Origin: an uncultured Halochromatium sp.
Lineage (GTDB): Bacteria > Pseudomonadota > Gammaproteobacteria > Chromatiales > Chromatiaceae
Length of the DNA stretch: 64,000 bases
Direction: 5' to 3'
Assembly (NCBI GenBank): GCA_964516305.1
Contig: CAZEZH010000002.1
Coordinates: 11,818-75,817 of the forward strand
A model generated the notes under the pieces. The model ran no database searches. It was not told the DNA's origin and saw nothing but the letters and a program-made list of their open reading frames with translations. How positions within the stretch are numbered: position 1 is the first letter of the stretch; every line of letters begins with the position of its first letter. This document shows, piece by piece, positions 55,352 to 64,000 of the stretch. The position numbers were made by a program, and so were the translations under genes.

Positions 55352-55450
55352 GCGGCCCTGCAGGACCCAAAAGCCAACCAATCTCTAGGGCATGCGGATG
55401 ACGCTGCCCTAGAGGCGCATCACCGCCCTCGTGGTCAGAGCGTCCAACCG

Positions 55451-55909
55451 ATGACCGAGACGCGTTATCAGCTCATCTTCTCTGGTCGCCTGCGACCCGA
55501 GGTCCATCCCGAACAAGCGCGGCAGGCGGTCAAGGAACGCTTCAAACTTAAAGACGCGCTGCTCGATCGGCTGTTCAGCGGCCAGCGGGTGACCGTTAAG
55601 CGCAACCTCGACAGCGCCAACGCCGAGCGCTATCAGCGTGCCTTCGCCACTGCCGGCGTGCAGGTCGAACTAGAGCCGACGCCGACCACCGCCGAGCGCC
55701 AGGTGATGAAGCTGCTCCCTCCCGGAAGCCCAATCGGTGAACAACCGGCCTTCCCAGAGACGCCGCCGCCGGACACCAGCCATCTTCGGCTTGCCCCCAG
55801 CGAGGCCACCAGCCTAGAGGATTGCGCACCTCCCCCGGCGGTACCGCCTCCGCTTGACCTCAGCGCTTTGGAGCTGGTGCCCCTCGACCCATCCCAACAG
55901 CGCGAGTGA
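55451..55909 (+). CDS. Hypothetical protein
   Basis: 152-aa ORF in gene-sized gap; YQLIFSG...LFSG...VKR N-domain and Pro-rich tail. Confidence 0.65.
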   Translation: MTETRYQLIFSGRLRPEVHPEQARQAVKERFKLKDALLDRLFSGQRVTVKRNLDSANAERYQRAFATAGVQVELEPTPTTAERQVMKLLPPGSPIGEQPAFPETPPPDTSHLRLAPSEATSLEDCAPPPAVPPPLDLSALELVPLDPSQQRE

Positions 55910-55965
55910 CTCGCGTAAGATAGCGGGCTGTGACTCAAACCGCTTCTTAGAGAGAGCCCTCATTC

Positions 55966-57183
55966 ATGGCCGACCACGCTCATATCGTCATCGGCGGCGG
56001 CATCAGTGGACTAACTGCCGCGCATTACTCGATGCACGCAGGCGTCGATACCCTGCTGCTCGAGGCCAGCGAACGCCCAGGTGGCTGCATCCACAGCAGC
56101 AGCTTCGATAGCCTCAATGGTTTTTGGGTCGAGGCCGGCGGACATACCTGTTTCAACAGTTACGGCAATCTGCTCGGCATCATGGAGCAGCTCGACCTCC
56201 TTGAGCTCACCACGGCAAAGGCAAAAAAGAGCTACAAGCTATGGTCGGAGGGTGAGCGACGCGGCATCCTCTCCGCGCTTCACCCGTTCGAGCTTATCAA
56301 GGCGCTCCCCGGCCTGTTCCGGGTCGAGAAAGCGGGCAAGACCGTTGCCGAGTACTATGGGAAGGTCCTGGGCCGCAAGAATTATCAGGATCTCTTCGGC
56401 CCAGCATTCCGCTCAGTGGTCTGTCAAGATGCCGATGACTTCCCCGCTGAGGCCTTGTTCCGGAAGAAGCCGCGCCGCAAAGATGTGCTACGCGCCTTCA
56501 CCATGCCCAGCGGCCTTGCCGATATCCCACGCGCCATTGCCACCCAACACGGCTTCAAGGCCCGCTTTGGCGCCCAGGCAGACCAGATCAACAGCACCGA
56601 GCACGGCTTTCGCGTCAGCTTAACGGACGGCGCCAGCCTCGACTGCGAACGGCTCACCCTCGCCGTACCACCTGATGCGGCAAGGATACTCCTCAGCGGA
56701 GTCGCGCCAGACGCGGCAGCTGCTATCGAAGGCGTTGGCATCGCCGAGATCGACTCCCTGGTCCTGGTCTTTGATCGCGCTCGGCTCAGCGTCGATGAGA
56801 TTGCAGGGCTGATCAGCGTCGATGGCGCCTTCCTCTCTGCGGTCTCTCGTGACTTCCTGCCGGACGATCGCTACCGCGGCTTCGCCTTCCATTTCCCTGG
56901 CGGCCAACTCAGCGAGGTAGAACGCGAACAAGCCGCCTGCCAGGCCATCGACGCCCGCGTTGAGGACATTCTTGCCAAGGCCCAGGTCCGCAATCGCTTA
57001 CCGTCGCTGGGTCGCACCCACATGGATCAGGTTCAGGCGCTGGATTCAGCGCTCGCCGGAGGCCCTATCGCCGTCACCGGCAACTGGTTCCTTGGCGTCT
57101 CGATCGAGGACTGCGTCACCCGCACCCGCAGCGAGCACGAGCGGCTGTTTGGCGCCTTAGCTCCGATTCCAGCGGCTCGGTAA
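55966..57183 (+). CDS. FAD-dependent oxidoreductase, HemY/protoporphyrinogen oxidase-like
   Basis: IGGGISGL, LEASERPGG, C-terminal GNWFLGVSIEDCV. Confidence 0.75.
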   Translation: MADHAHIVIGGGISGLTAAHYSMHAGVDTLLLEASERPGGCIHSSSFDSLNGFWVEAGGHTCFNSYGNLLGIMEQLDLLELTTAKAKKSYKLWSEGERRGILSALHPFELIKALPGLFRVEKAGKTVAEYYGKVLGRKNYQDLFGPAFRSVVCQDADDFPAEALFRKKPRRKDVLRAFTMPSGLADIPRAIATQHGFKARFGAQADQINSTEHGFRVSLTDGASLDCERLTLAVPPDAARILLSGVAPDAAAAIEGVGIAEIDSLVLVFDRARLSVDEIAGLISVDGAFLSAVSRDFLPDDRYRGFAFHFPGGQLSEVEREQAACQAIDARVEDILAKAQVRNRLPSLGRTHMDQVQALDSALAGGPIAVTGNWFLGVSIEDCVTRTRSEHERLFGALAPIPAAR

Positions 57184-57216
57184 CCCCAGCCATCAGCCAC
57201 GACCTCAGTCACCGCG

Positions 57217-57789
57217 ATGCCGTCACAGACCGCCGAGATGCAGGCGAGCAGTCTCATCGTCGCCTGCGAGCATCCTCAGGCCGATGCCATCAATGGCCCG
57301 CTCGAGCGCGCCTTCTCAGAACTGAGCGACAGCGACTTCAAGCGTCGTTCGCACTTCATCGGCGGGCGTTTCGAGAACCTCTATCTCAACCGCGAGCGCC
57401 TGCCTGGGATGGCAGAGGTGCTCGGCTTCGGACTCGAACAGGCACGGGCACTGCTTAGCAACCCCAGCGCCAACTGGTTGGAGGGGCCAATCGCAGCGGA
57501 TCAACCGCTGCGCATCGGCTTCTGGATCAATGCCATGCAACCGGGTCAGAGCACCAGCCGCCACAGCCACGAAGAGCATGACGAACTGATCTCAGGCGTC
57601 TATTACGTCAGCGCACCAGCAGACTCTGGGCAGATCCTCTTCCATGATCCGCCCTTCGAGACCCGGGTGCGGCCGCAACCAGGCCTGCTGCTGCTGTTCG
57701 CGCCAGGGCTTGAGCATTCGGTCGAGGTCAACCGCAGCGCAGCCCAGCGGCTCTCCATCGCCTTTAACATCGGCCCAGACCCAGGCTAG
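57217..57789 (+). CDS. Putative 2OG-Fe(II) oxygenase-like protein
   Basis: WIN, HSH, SGVYY, LEHSV, RLSIAFN. Confidence 0.8.
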   Translation: MPSQTAEMQASSLIVACEHPQADAINGPLERAFSELSDSDFKRRSHFIGGRFENLYLNRERLPGMAEVLGFGLEQARALLSNPSANWLEGPIAADQPLRIGFWINAMQPGQSTSRHSHEEHDELISGVYYVSAPADSGQILFHDPPFETRVRPQPGLLLLFAPGLEHSVEVNRSAAQRLSIAFNIGPDPG

Positions 57790-57886
57790 CACCGACAGAG
57801 CCCGACAGAGCGCCGACCTAGCAGCAGGCCGTCTTCTCAACAACGTCCAATGCCATCGCCGCCTCAAGCCCCCTCAACCCCATGGC

Positions 57887-58285
57887 TCATTGGCGCTCGA
57901 TCTGGATCAGACGCTCCATCTCAGCGATCTGTATCCGCCGCCCATCAAGGGTCACAAAACTGCGCTGGCTAATATCGTTGCGCTGCGCTTCATAGTGCTC
58001 TACCGCTCCGGAATAGACGTTGACGACCTGCAATTGAACGATCTCCCGGTCATGCTGCCAGTCTTGGAACAGATAGAGCGCCGTGCCAACCAACATCAGG
58101 ATGACCACCCCATAGGCAGCGAGCCTCACCGCACCGAGAGGCACCAGCGCCCGCGAGGCCTCCGCGCGCCGATCAGTCTCGTGATCTAGACGCGCGTGCT
58201 CATCACTCTCGCCACGCCAGCGGTTGCGAACAACCAGCCAGGCCACCAGGATGACGGTGGCCGTTAACAGAAGTTTTGTGATCAT
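57887..58285 (-). CDS. Hypothetical membrane protein
   Basis: 132 aa, two hydrophobic segments and a short beta-rich C-terminal part. Confidence 0.65.
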   Translation of the reverse strand: MITKLLLTATVILVAWLVVRNRWRGESDEHARLDHETDRRAEASRALVPLGAVRLAAYGVVILMLVGTALYLFQDWQHDREIVQLQVVNVYSGAVEHYEAQRNDISQRSFVTLDGRRIQIAEMERLIQIERQ

Positions 58286-58457
58286 GATCCAATTACGCTA
58301 CCACGGGCACCAGCAGCGAGCCATGGCCAGGATTAACCGGCACGGGCTCTGCAACAGTCAACTGGCACCGAGAGGCCCTTCGTCTTGTTCAATCTCGGGG
58401 TCGGGGCTTAACATTCGACGCTGTCTGATTTTTGCTCAGCCTAGCGGTCACCATCCA

Positions 58458-59102
58458 ATGTCGCTCTTTCGCGCCTTTGCCATCGCGCTCGTCCTTGTCG
58501 GCCTGCTGAGCGGTTGCGATGAACCTCGGCAGCCGACGGTCAATCTGTACCATGCCGTGCATTCCGGTGACCTGGACCAGATCAAGCGTCACCTGTTCTG
58601 GAAAACTGATATCAATCAGCCCGGCCCTGATGGCAACTACCCACTTCATGTCGCCGTGAGCCAAGGCCGCGTGGTGATCGCCCGCGAACTGCTCGCCCAG
58701 GGTGCGCGACTCGATGTCCGCGATGCGCTCGGCCGTACACCCCTGCATGTTGCCCTTGCCAATGGCAAGAGACAGGCGGCCGAACTGCTGCTAGAGCAGG
58801 GGGCTGAGGATGACCTGCAGGCGCTGCTGTTTGATCTGGCCGAAGAGCAAGCGCTAGATCGCGACAGCATCGAACTGCTGACCGCTCATGGCGCGGACCT
58901 CAACGCCATGGACCCAGAGGGCAGAGCACCGCTGCATCGGGCAGTCGCGGCTGGTAACCTGAAGCTCGCCAAACAGCTGATCAGTGCTGGCGCCGACGTC
59001 AACCTCGAGGACAGCAGCGGTAGGACCGCCCTCGACATCGCCTCCGAACAAGACGAGTCGACCCTCGTCACGCTGTTGGAGCAGTATGGAGCCGAGCGCT
59101 AG
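58458..59102 (+). CDS. Ankyrin-repeat lipoprotein
   Basis: Lipobox LSGC; GNYPLHVA, GRTPLHVA, GRAPLHRA, GRTALDIA. Confidence 0.9.
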   Translation: MSLFRAFAIALVLVGLLSGCDEPRQPTVNLYHAVHSGDLDQIKRHLFWKTDINQPGPDGNYPLHVAVSQGRVVIARELLAQGARLDVRDALGRTPLHVALANGKRQAAELLLEQGAEDDLQALLFDLAEEQALDRDSIELLTAHGADLNAMDPEGRAPLHRAVAAGNLKLAKQLISAGADVNLEDSSGRTALDIASEQDESTLVTLLEQYGAER

Positions 59103-59214
59103 ACCCGCCCCACGCGATGAGCCGCGAGCGAACCGTGCCTTTGGCCGCTGACCGAGCCTTGATCGCGCATCGACTGAATAACGACAACCGACAACCAACA
59201 ACAAGGAGCCCGGC

Positions 59215-59511
59215 ATGACCGAAAAGGTCGAAGACCTGACCGTAAGTTACACCGAGGGAGACCTAGAAACGACGAAAGAACTCGACAAGGTCATCCTCTC
59301 CAAAGGCAGTTGGGCCACTGTCCTCTACCGCTACCAAGACTGGGACCGGGCCAAAGAGGTCTACGGACCAGAGCGCTTCACCATCCGCCGCTACCAGAAA
59401 CGTGGCGGCGAGTTCCGACAGCAGTCAAAATTCAACATCTCCAGCCGAGCCCAGGCTCAGGCGCTCGTCGATGCACTACAACGCTGGCTTGCTGATGAAC
59501 CGACCGGATAG
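59215..59511 (+). CDS. Hypothetical protein
   Basis: Strong AAGGAG RBS, 98 aa. Confidence 0.75.
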   Translation: MTEKVEDLTVSYTEGDLETTKELDKVILSKGSWATVLYRYQDWDRAKEVYGPERFTIRRYQKRGGEFRQQSKFNISSRAQAQALVDALQRWLADEPTG

Positions 59512-59520
59512 GCTCCCGTT

Positions 59521-60264
59521 ATGATCGATCTCAGCAACAAGGTCGCCCTGATCACCGGCGCAAGCCGGGGCCTCGGCGCCGGTCTCGCCGAACGTTTTCT
59601 CGAGCACGGCTTGCGGGTCGCAGCCTGCGCCCGGAGCCAGCCTGAACTCGCCGGTGACGCCGATAAGATCCTCAGCGTCGCAGCCGATGTCACCGACGCC
59701 GAGGCCATACAACAGCTCTGTGATGCCACCGTCGAACGGTTTGGGCGCATCGATCTTTGGATCAACAATGCCGGCCTACTCGCCCCCATCGGTCCCCTGC
59801 GCGACAATGATCCGAGCGAATTCGCGCGGCATATCGAGGTCAATGTCGTCGGCGTCTTCACCGGCTGCCGCGCCTTCACCCGCCATCTACATACGCGCGG
59901 TGGCGATGGGGTGCTCTTAAACATCAGCTCGGGTGCGGCCCGCAACGCCTATGCTGGCTGGTCCGCCTATTGCGCGGGCAAGGCCGCCGTGGACCGGATG
60001 AGCGAGTCGATCGCGCTCGAAGAGACCGACAGCGGACTTCGCGTGCACGCCGTTGCGCCCGGCATCATCGACACTGACATGCAAGCGATGATCCGCGACT
60101 GCTCGCCGGAACAGTTCCCGCGCGTGCAAAAATTCCTCGACCTCAAGGCCAACGACGGTTTCAGCTCGCCCGCATTCATCGCCGAGCGTCTACTGGAGCT
60201 GGCCTTCGATCCGAATCACACGCAGCAGGCTGTCGCCATCAGTTTGCCGCTTGAAAAGGCCTAA
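59521..60264 (+). CDS. SDR family oxidoreductase
   Basis: TGASRGLG, NNAG, NISSG, YCAGK, PGIIDT. Confidence 0.93.
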   Translation: MIDLSNKVALITGASRGLGAGLAERFLEHGLRVAACARSQPELAGDADKILSVAADVTDAEAIQQLCDATVERFGRIDLWINNAGLLAPIGPLRDNDPSEFARHIEVNVVGVFTGCRAFTRHLHTRGGDGVLLNISSGAARNAYAGWSAYCAGKAAVDRMSESIALEETDSGLRVHAVAPGIIDTDMQAMIRDCSPEQFPRVQKFLDLKANDGFSSPAFIAERLLELAFDPNHTQQAVAISLPLEKA

Positions 60265-60290
60265 AGGCCGATCGCTCGAGGATAACGACC

Positions 60291-60497
60291 ATGTCGATCG
60301 CGTCACGCTTGTCAGACTTCTTCCGCCCGTTGGCGCTCATCATCCTGCTGTTTGCCGCGCTGTTTTTCGTCTACTTCGGGCTGTCACCGGCAATCGACCT
60401 CCTGCCAGGTGGCATGGACTTGCTCGTCGGCATCCTGTTGGGCCTCTTCATCTTGATCTTGATCATCACGATCCGAGGCAAACATCGGCGGCGTTAA
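60291..60497 (+). CDS. Small membrane protein
   Basis: 68 aa, two hydrophobic helices, basic C-terminus, GAGGA RBS. Confidence 0.6.
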   Translation: MSIASRLSDFFRPLALIILLFAALFFVYFGLSPAIDLLPGGMDLLVGILLGLFILILIITIRGKHRRR

Positions 60498-60507
60498 ACC
60501 CAGCCAT

Positions 60508-60541
60508 AAAAAAGGCCCGCCGAATCGCTCCGGTCGGGCCT
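60508..60541 (-). terminator. Putative terminator downstream of ppdK
   Basis: AGGCCCG...CGGGCCT stem with T-run on the minus strand. Confidence 0.55.
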
Positions 60542-60596
60542 ACCTTGCAGCGGCCGCCCGGCACATGCCGGCGCGGCCGCCTTGTCCAAGCGACGA

Positions 60597-63371
60597 CTAT
60601 TGCGGGCGGTGCTTCAACGCCGCCTGGGCTGCTGCTAGACGCGCGACCGGCACCCGCGGACCCGAGCAGCTGACATAGTCGAGCCCAGCCTGATCACAGA
60701 ACGCGATCGAGGCCGGATGACCACCATGCTCGCCGCAGATGCCGACGTGGAGGTCCGTGCGCGCCGCACGGCCCCAATCCACGGCGAGCTGCATCAGCTT
60801 GCCAACGCCCTCCTCATCCAACACCTCGAAGGGGTTGTCGCGCAGCACATCGGATTGGTTGTAGAGCGGCAGGAACTTGTTCTCGGCATCCTCGCGTGAG
60901 AACGAGAACACGGCTTGGGTCAGGTCGTTGGTGCCGAAGGAGAAGAACTCGGCCTCGGCGGCCAAGGATTCCGCACGCATGCAGGCACGCACCACCTCAA
61001 TCATGGTGCCGAACTTGAATTTGACCGGCTGGCCGTGCTTGGCCTGCACCTGGGCATGGGCCTCATCGACATAGGCCTTCACGCGCTTGAGCTCCTGCAC
61101 GGTACAGACCTGCGGCACCTTGATCTGTGGCTGGATGTCGATCCCGGCCTGGGCGCATTCGGCCGCGGCCTCGAGGATCGCGCGCACCTGCATCTTGTAG
61201 ATCTCCGGGAAAGAGATACCCAGGCGCACACCGCGATGACCCAGCATCGGGTTGGTCTCGTGCAGCGCACGGACCTTGCGCAGCATCGCCTCCTTCTTCG
61301 CGATCGCCTCCTCGACCATCATCGGGTCCATCACCCGACGCACCGCGTCGAAGTCGTCGCGCGCCTTCTCTGGCGTATGCAACAGCCCCATCGAGCCTGC
61401 CAGCGCCGTCATGCCGCGGGTCGCCCCCGCCAGCGCACGCAGATCGGCCAGATCCTGCTCCAGCTGGTGCTCATCGGGCAGGAACTCATGGATCGGCGGA
61501 TCAAGCAGACGGATGGTCACCGGATTCGGCGCCATCACCTCGAACAGCTCACGGAAGTCCTGCCGCTGCAACGGCAGCAACGCCTCGAGCGCCTCATCGC
61601 GCTGCTCTGGGGTCTCGGCGACGATCATCTCGATCACCAGCGGAAGGCGCTCGGTTGCATTAAACATGCGCTCGGTCCGCGCCAGACCGATGCCGACCGC
61701 ACCATACTTGCGTGCGTTACGGGCATCCTCGGGCGTATCGGCATTCGCCATCACCTTCAGCCGCGCCATCTCATCGGCCCATTGCAGCAGAGTCGAGAGT
61801 TCGGGCGTGAAATCCGCCTCGACAGTCGGGATATCGCCCAAATAGACGCGCCCGGACGAGCCATCGATGGTAATGGTGTCGCCCTCCTTAAAGCTGGTGG
61901 CACCGACGATCGCCTCGCGCCGCGAGACATCGACGCTGATCCCCTCAGCACCGGCGACACAGGGCTTACCCATGCCACGCGCGACCACCGCCGCGTGTGA
62001 GGTCTTACCACCTCGCGCGGTCAGGATGCCCTCGGAGGCGAAAAAGCCATGGATATCTTCAGGCTTGGTCTCCTCGCGGACCAGGATCACCTTCTGCCCG
62101 AGATCATGGCCGAGCTGGTGGGCACGATCGGCATCAAACACCGCGATACCAGCCGCAGCACCTGGCGAGGCCGGCAGACCCTGGGCGACCGGTTCAACCT
62201 TCGAACTCGGGTCCAGACGCGGGAACAGCATCTGCTCCAGGCTGATCGGATCGATGCGCTGCAACGCCTGCTCCTTGCTGATCAGGCCCTCCTGCTCCAT
62301 CTCGACCGAGGTGCGCACCATGCCGTGCGCGTTCATCTTGCCGTTGCGGGTCTGCAAGCAATAGAGCACGCCGCGCTCGATGGTGAACTCGAAGTCTTGC
62401 ACCTCGCGGTAGTGGGTCTCGAGCTTGGCGCGCAGTTCGGCCAGTTCCTCGGCCATCTGCGGCATCTCGACCGTCAGCCGATCGAGCGGCTTCGGGGTGC
62501 GAATACCGGCCACCACATCCTCGCCCTGGGCGTTGATCAGGTACTCACCGTAGAGCTTGTTCTCGCCGGTGCCGGGGTTGCGGGTAAAGCCCACACCGGT
62601 GGCCGAATCATTACCACGGTTGCCGAACACCATGGTGCAGATGTTCACCGCCGTGCCATTGGCCATCTCCGGCGTAATGTGGAACTGTTTACGATAATCG
62701 ACCGCGCGCCGGCCCATCCAGCTGTTGAACACGGCCTTGACCGCGATCTCGAGCTGGACCATCGGATCTGAGGGGAACGGCTTACCGGTATGCTCCTCAA
62801 CCACCTTGAGGAAGCGCTCGCTCATCTCCTTGAGATCCGCCGCAGAGAGATCGACGTCCTGCTTGGCGTGCGCCGCCTCTTTGACCGCATTGAATTCTTT
62901 ATCGAAGGCCTCGTCCTCGACACCGAGCGCGACCTTGCCGAACAGCTGGATGAAGCGCCGGTAGGAGTCGTAGCCAAAACGCTCATCGCCGGTTGCCTTG
63001 ATCTCGCCCTGCAGCGTCTCCTCGTTGAGTCCCAGGTTGAGGATGGTGTCCATCATGCCCGGCATCGACATCGCCGAGCCCGAGCGCACCGAGACCAACA
63101 GCGGGTTGTCCGGATTGCCGAAGCCCTTGCCAGTCTTGCGCTCCAGCGCCGCCATCTGCTCACGCACCTGATCCATCACGCCAGCTGACAGCTGATGATC
63201 GGGCTGGTCCAGATAGGCCAGACAAGCATCCGTGGTGATCACGAAGCCGGGCGGCACGTTGAGCCCAATCTGTGTCATCTCGCACAGATTGGCGCCCTTA
63301 CCGCCCAGCAGTTTTTTGTTCTTACCGTCGCCTTCGTCAAAGGCAAATACCCACTTGGTCGTCTCGGTCAT
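60597..63371 (-). CDS. ppdK: Pyruvate phosphate dikinase
   Basis: LGGKGANL, SMPGMMDT, GGKTSHAAVVARG, FSFGTNDLTQ, GICGEHGG; start set at MTETTKW. Confidence 0.97.
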   Translation of the reverse strand: MTETTKWVFAFDEGDGKNKKLLGGKGANLCEMTQIGLNVPPGFVITTDACLAYLDQPDHQLSAGVMDQVREQMAALERKTGKGFGNPDNPLLVSVRSGSAMSMPGMMDTILNLGLNEETLQGEIKATGDERFGYDSYRRFIQLFGKVALGVEDEAFDKEFNAVKEAAHAKQDVDLSAADLKEMSERFLKVVEEHTGKPFPSDPMVQLEIAVKAVFNSWMGRRAVDYRKQFHITPEMANGTAVNICTMVFGNRGNDSATGVGFTRNPGTGENKLYGEYLINAQGEDVVAGIRTPKPLDRLTVEMPQMAEELAELRAKLETHYREVQDFEFTIERGVLYCLQTRNGKMNAHGMVRTSVEMEQEGLISKEQALQRIDPISLEQMLFPRLDPSSKVEPVAQGLPASPGAAAGIAVFDADRAHQLGHDLGQKVILVREETKPEDIHGFFASEGILTARGGKTSHAAVVARGMGKPCVAGAEGISVDVSRREAIVGATSFKEGDTITIDGSSGRVYLGDIPTVEADFTPELSTLLQWADEMARLKVMANADTPEDARNARKYGAVGIGLARTERMFNATERLPLVIEMIVAETPEQRDEALEALLPLQRQDFRELFEVMAPNPVTIRLLDPPIHEFLPDEHQLEQDLADLRALAGATRGMTALAGSMGLLHTPEKARDDFDAVRRVMDPMMVEEAIAKKEAMLRKVRALHETNPMLGHRGVRLGISFPEIYKMQVRAILEAAAECAQAGIDIQPQIKVPQVCTVQELKRVKAYVDEAHAQVQAKHGQPVKFKFGTMIEVVRACMRAESLAAEAEFFSFGTNDLTQAVFSFSREDAENKFLPLYNQSDVLRDNPFEVLDEEGVGKLMQLAVDWGRAARTDLHVGICGEHGGHPASIAFCDQAGLDYVSCSGPRVPVARLAAAQAALKHRPQ

Positions 63372-63668
63372 GGTCTCAGTCCTCGGGTTGGAATAATCAA
63401 TGCTGTGTATTTGAACGAGCACAGCGGCGGTTGGGAAGTGTCTGAAATCAATTGGTCACGGAGTAAACGATCATATTCTGATATCGCCTGGCCTATAAGG
63501 AGTCTGACACCATTGAAAAACACGGGTGACTCTGCCCCTTTTGAAGATGATCGCCGACAGAACGGACCCTTAACGTTGGCTTTGGAAGCATAACAGCAAG
63601 CAAACCCCGGTCCACTCGATCGCGCCTAGCCGACGCTGCAACCATCTACCGCAAGCGTCGAGGCGTTT

Positions 63669-63712
63669 AACCTAGAAACGGCAGTTGAACGGGCAACTGC
63701 CATTTCTAGGTT
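63669..63712. repeat. 19-bp near-perfect inverted repeat
   Basis: AACCTAGAAACGGCAGTTG-N6-CAACTGCCATTTCTAGGTT, one mismatch. Confidence 0.8.
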
Positions 63713-63831
63713 TATACTGCAGGCCTCCGCTTTCGTCCTGATCATCGCAGCGGCCGCTATCGCAGCGCTATCAGGGCATGCACAGAACTCGACACGACTC
63801 AGCGCCCATCAAGACGCACAGGATCTCCGCC

Positions 63832-64000
63832 ATGTTGGATAAGACCTACGACCCCAAGACCATCGAGACCGCCTGGTATCAGCACTGGGAGCAAGCCGGC
63901 TGGTTTGCACCAGAACTGGGCGTTGGAACAGAGTCCGGAGTCCGTCGTGGTCGAGATCAGGACGATACCACGTCACCGTTCTGCATCATGATCCCACCGC
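63832..64000 (+). CDS. valS: Valine--tRNA ligase, N-terminal part (runs off window)
   Basis: Manual translation [25 protein letters not shown]...PFCIMIPP. Confidence 0.88.
   Translation, partial: MLDKTYDPKTIETAWYQHWEQAGWFAPELGVGTESGVRRGRDQDDTTSPFCIMIPP

Noticed and set aside
55383-55414. CTCTAGGGCA/TGCCCTAGAG hairpin as ncRNA or repeat
   Set aside because: Single short stem after a stop codon with no second copy seen; likely a local terminator or stability hairpin.
60915-62771. Long plus-strand ORFs (361 and 240 aa)
   Set aside because: Antisense shadows of ppdK caused by high-GC codon bias.
63438-63451. FNR box upstream of ppdK
   Set aside because: Only the ATCAA half-site matches; the left half (GTGTC) is too poor to call.

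Overview
GC-rich gammaproteobacterial chromosome segment. Gene content (stand-alone soxYZ, an Alvin_2107-type sulfur-globule oxidation gene, OFOR, PPDK, a McdAB-like pair) points by inference to a purple sulfur bacterium of the Chromatiaceae. Most of the window is core genome: nuoA-E, tRNA-Leu-secG-tpiA, smpB, M16 pair-rsmD-coaD-ferredoxin-ggt, ftsYEX-rpoH, a peptide ABC transporter, fabI, tig-clpPX-lon-hupB-tRNA-Val/Asp-ppiD, suhB/trmJ-cysE-iscR, ppdK and the start of valS. No CRISPR array, rRNA, integrase or transposase was seen. Four regions merit follow-up. (1) 38.6-44.6 kb: a MoxR-type AAA+ ATPase and a HEXXH-VWA partner sit between a sulfur-globule gene and soxYZ. (2) 53.1-54.1 kb: a ParA plus a disordered protein ending VWPD (McdAB-like) with no carboxysome genes in the window. 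(3) 17.8-21.6 kb: an accessory islet with a small lipoprotein coupled to a 14-Cys secreted protein carrying SleB/Hydrolase_2-like motifs, an inverted-repeat element and an orphan P-loop ATPase. (4) 49.6-52.9 kb: an OFOR operon ending in a ferritin-like protein without ExxH ligands. All family calls come from motif recognition by eye; no searches were run.
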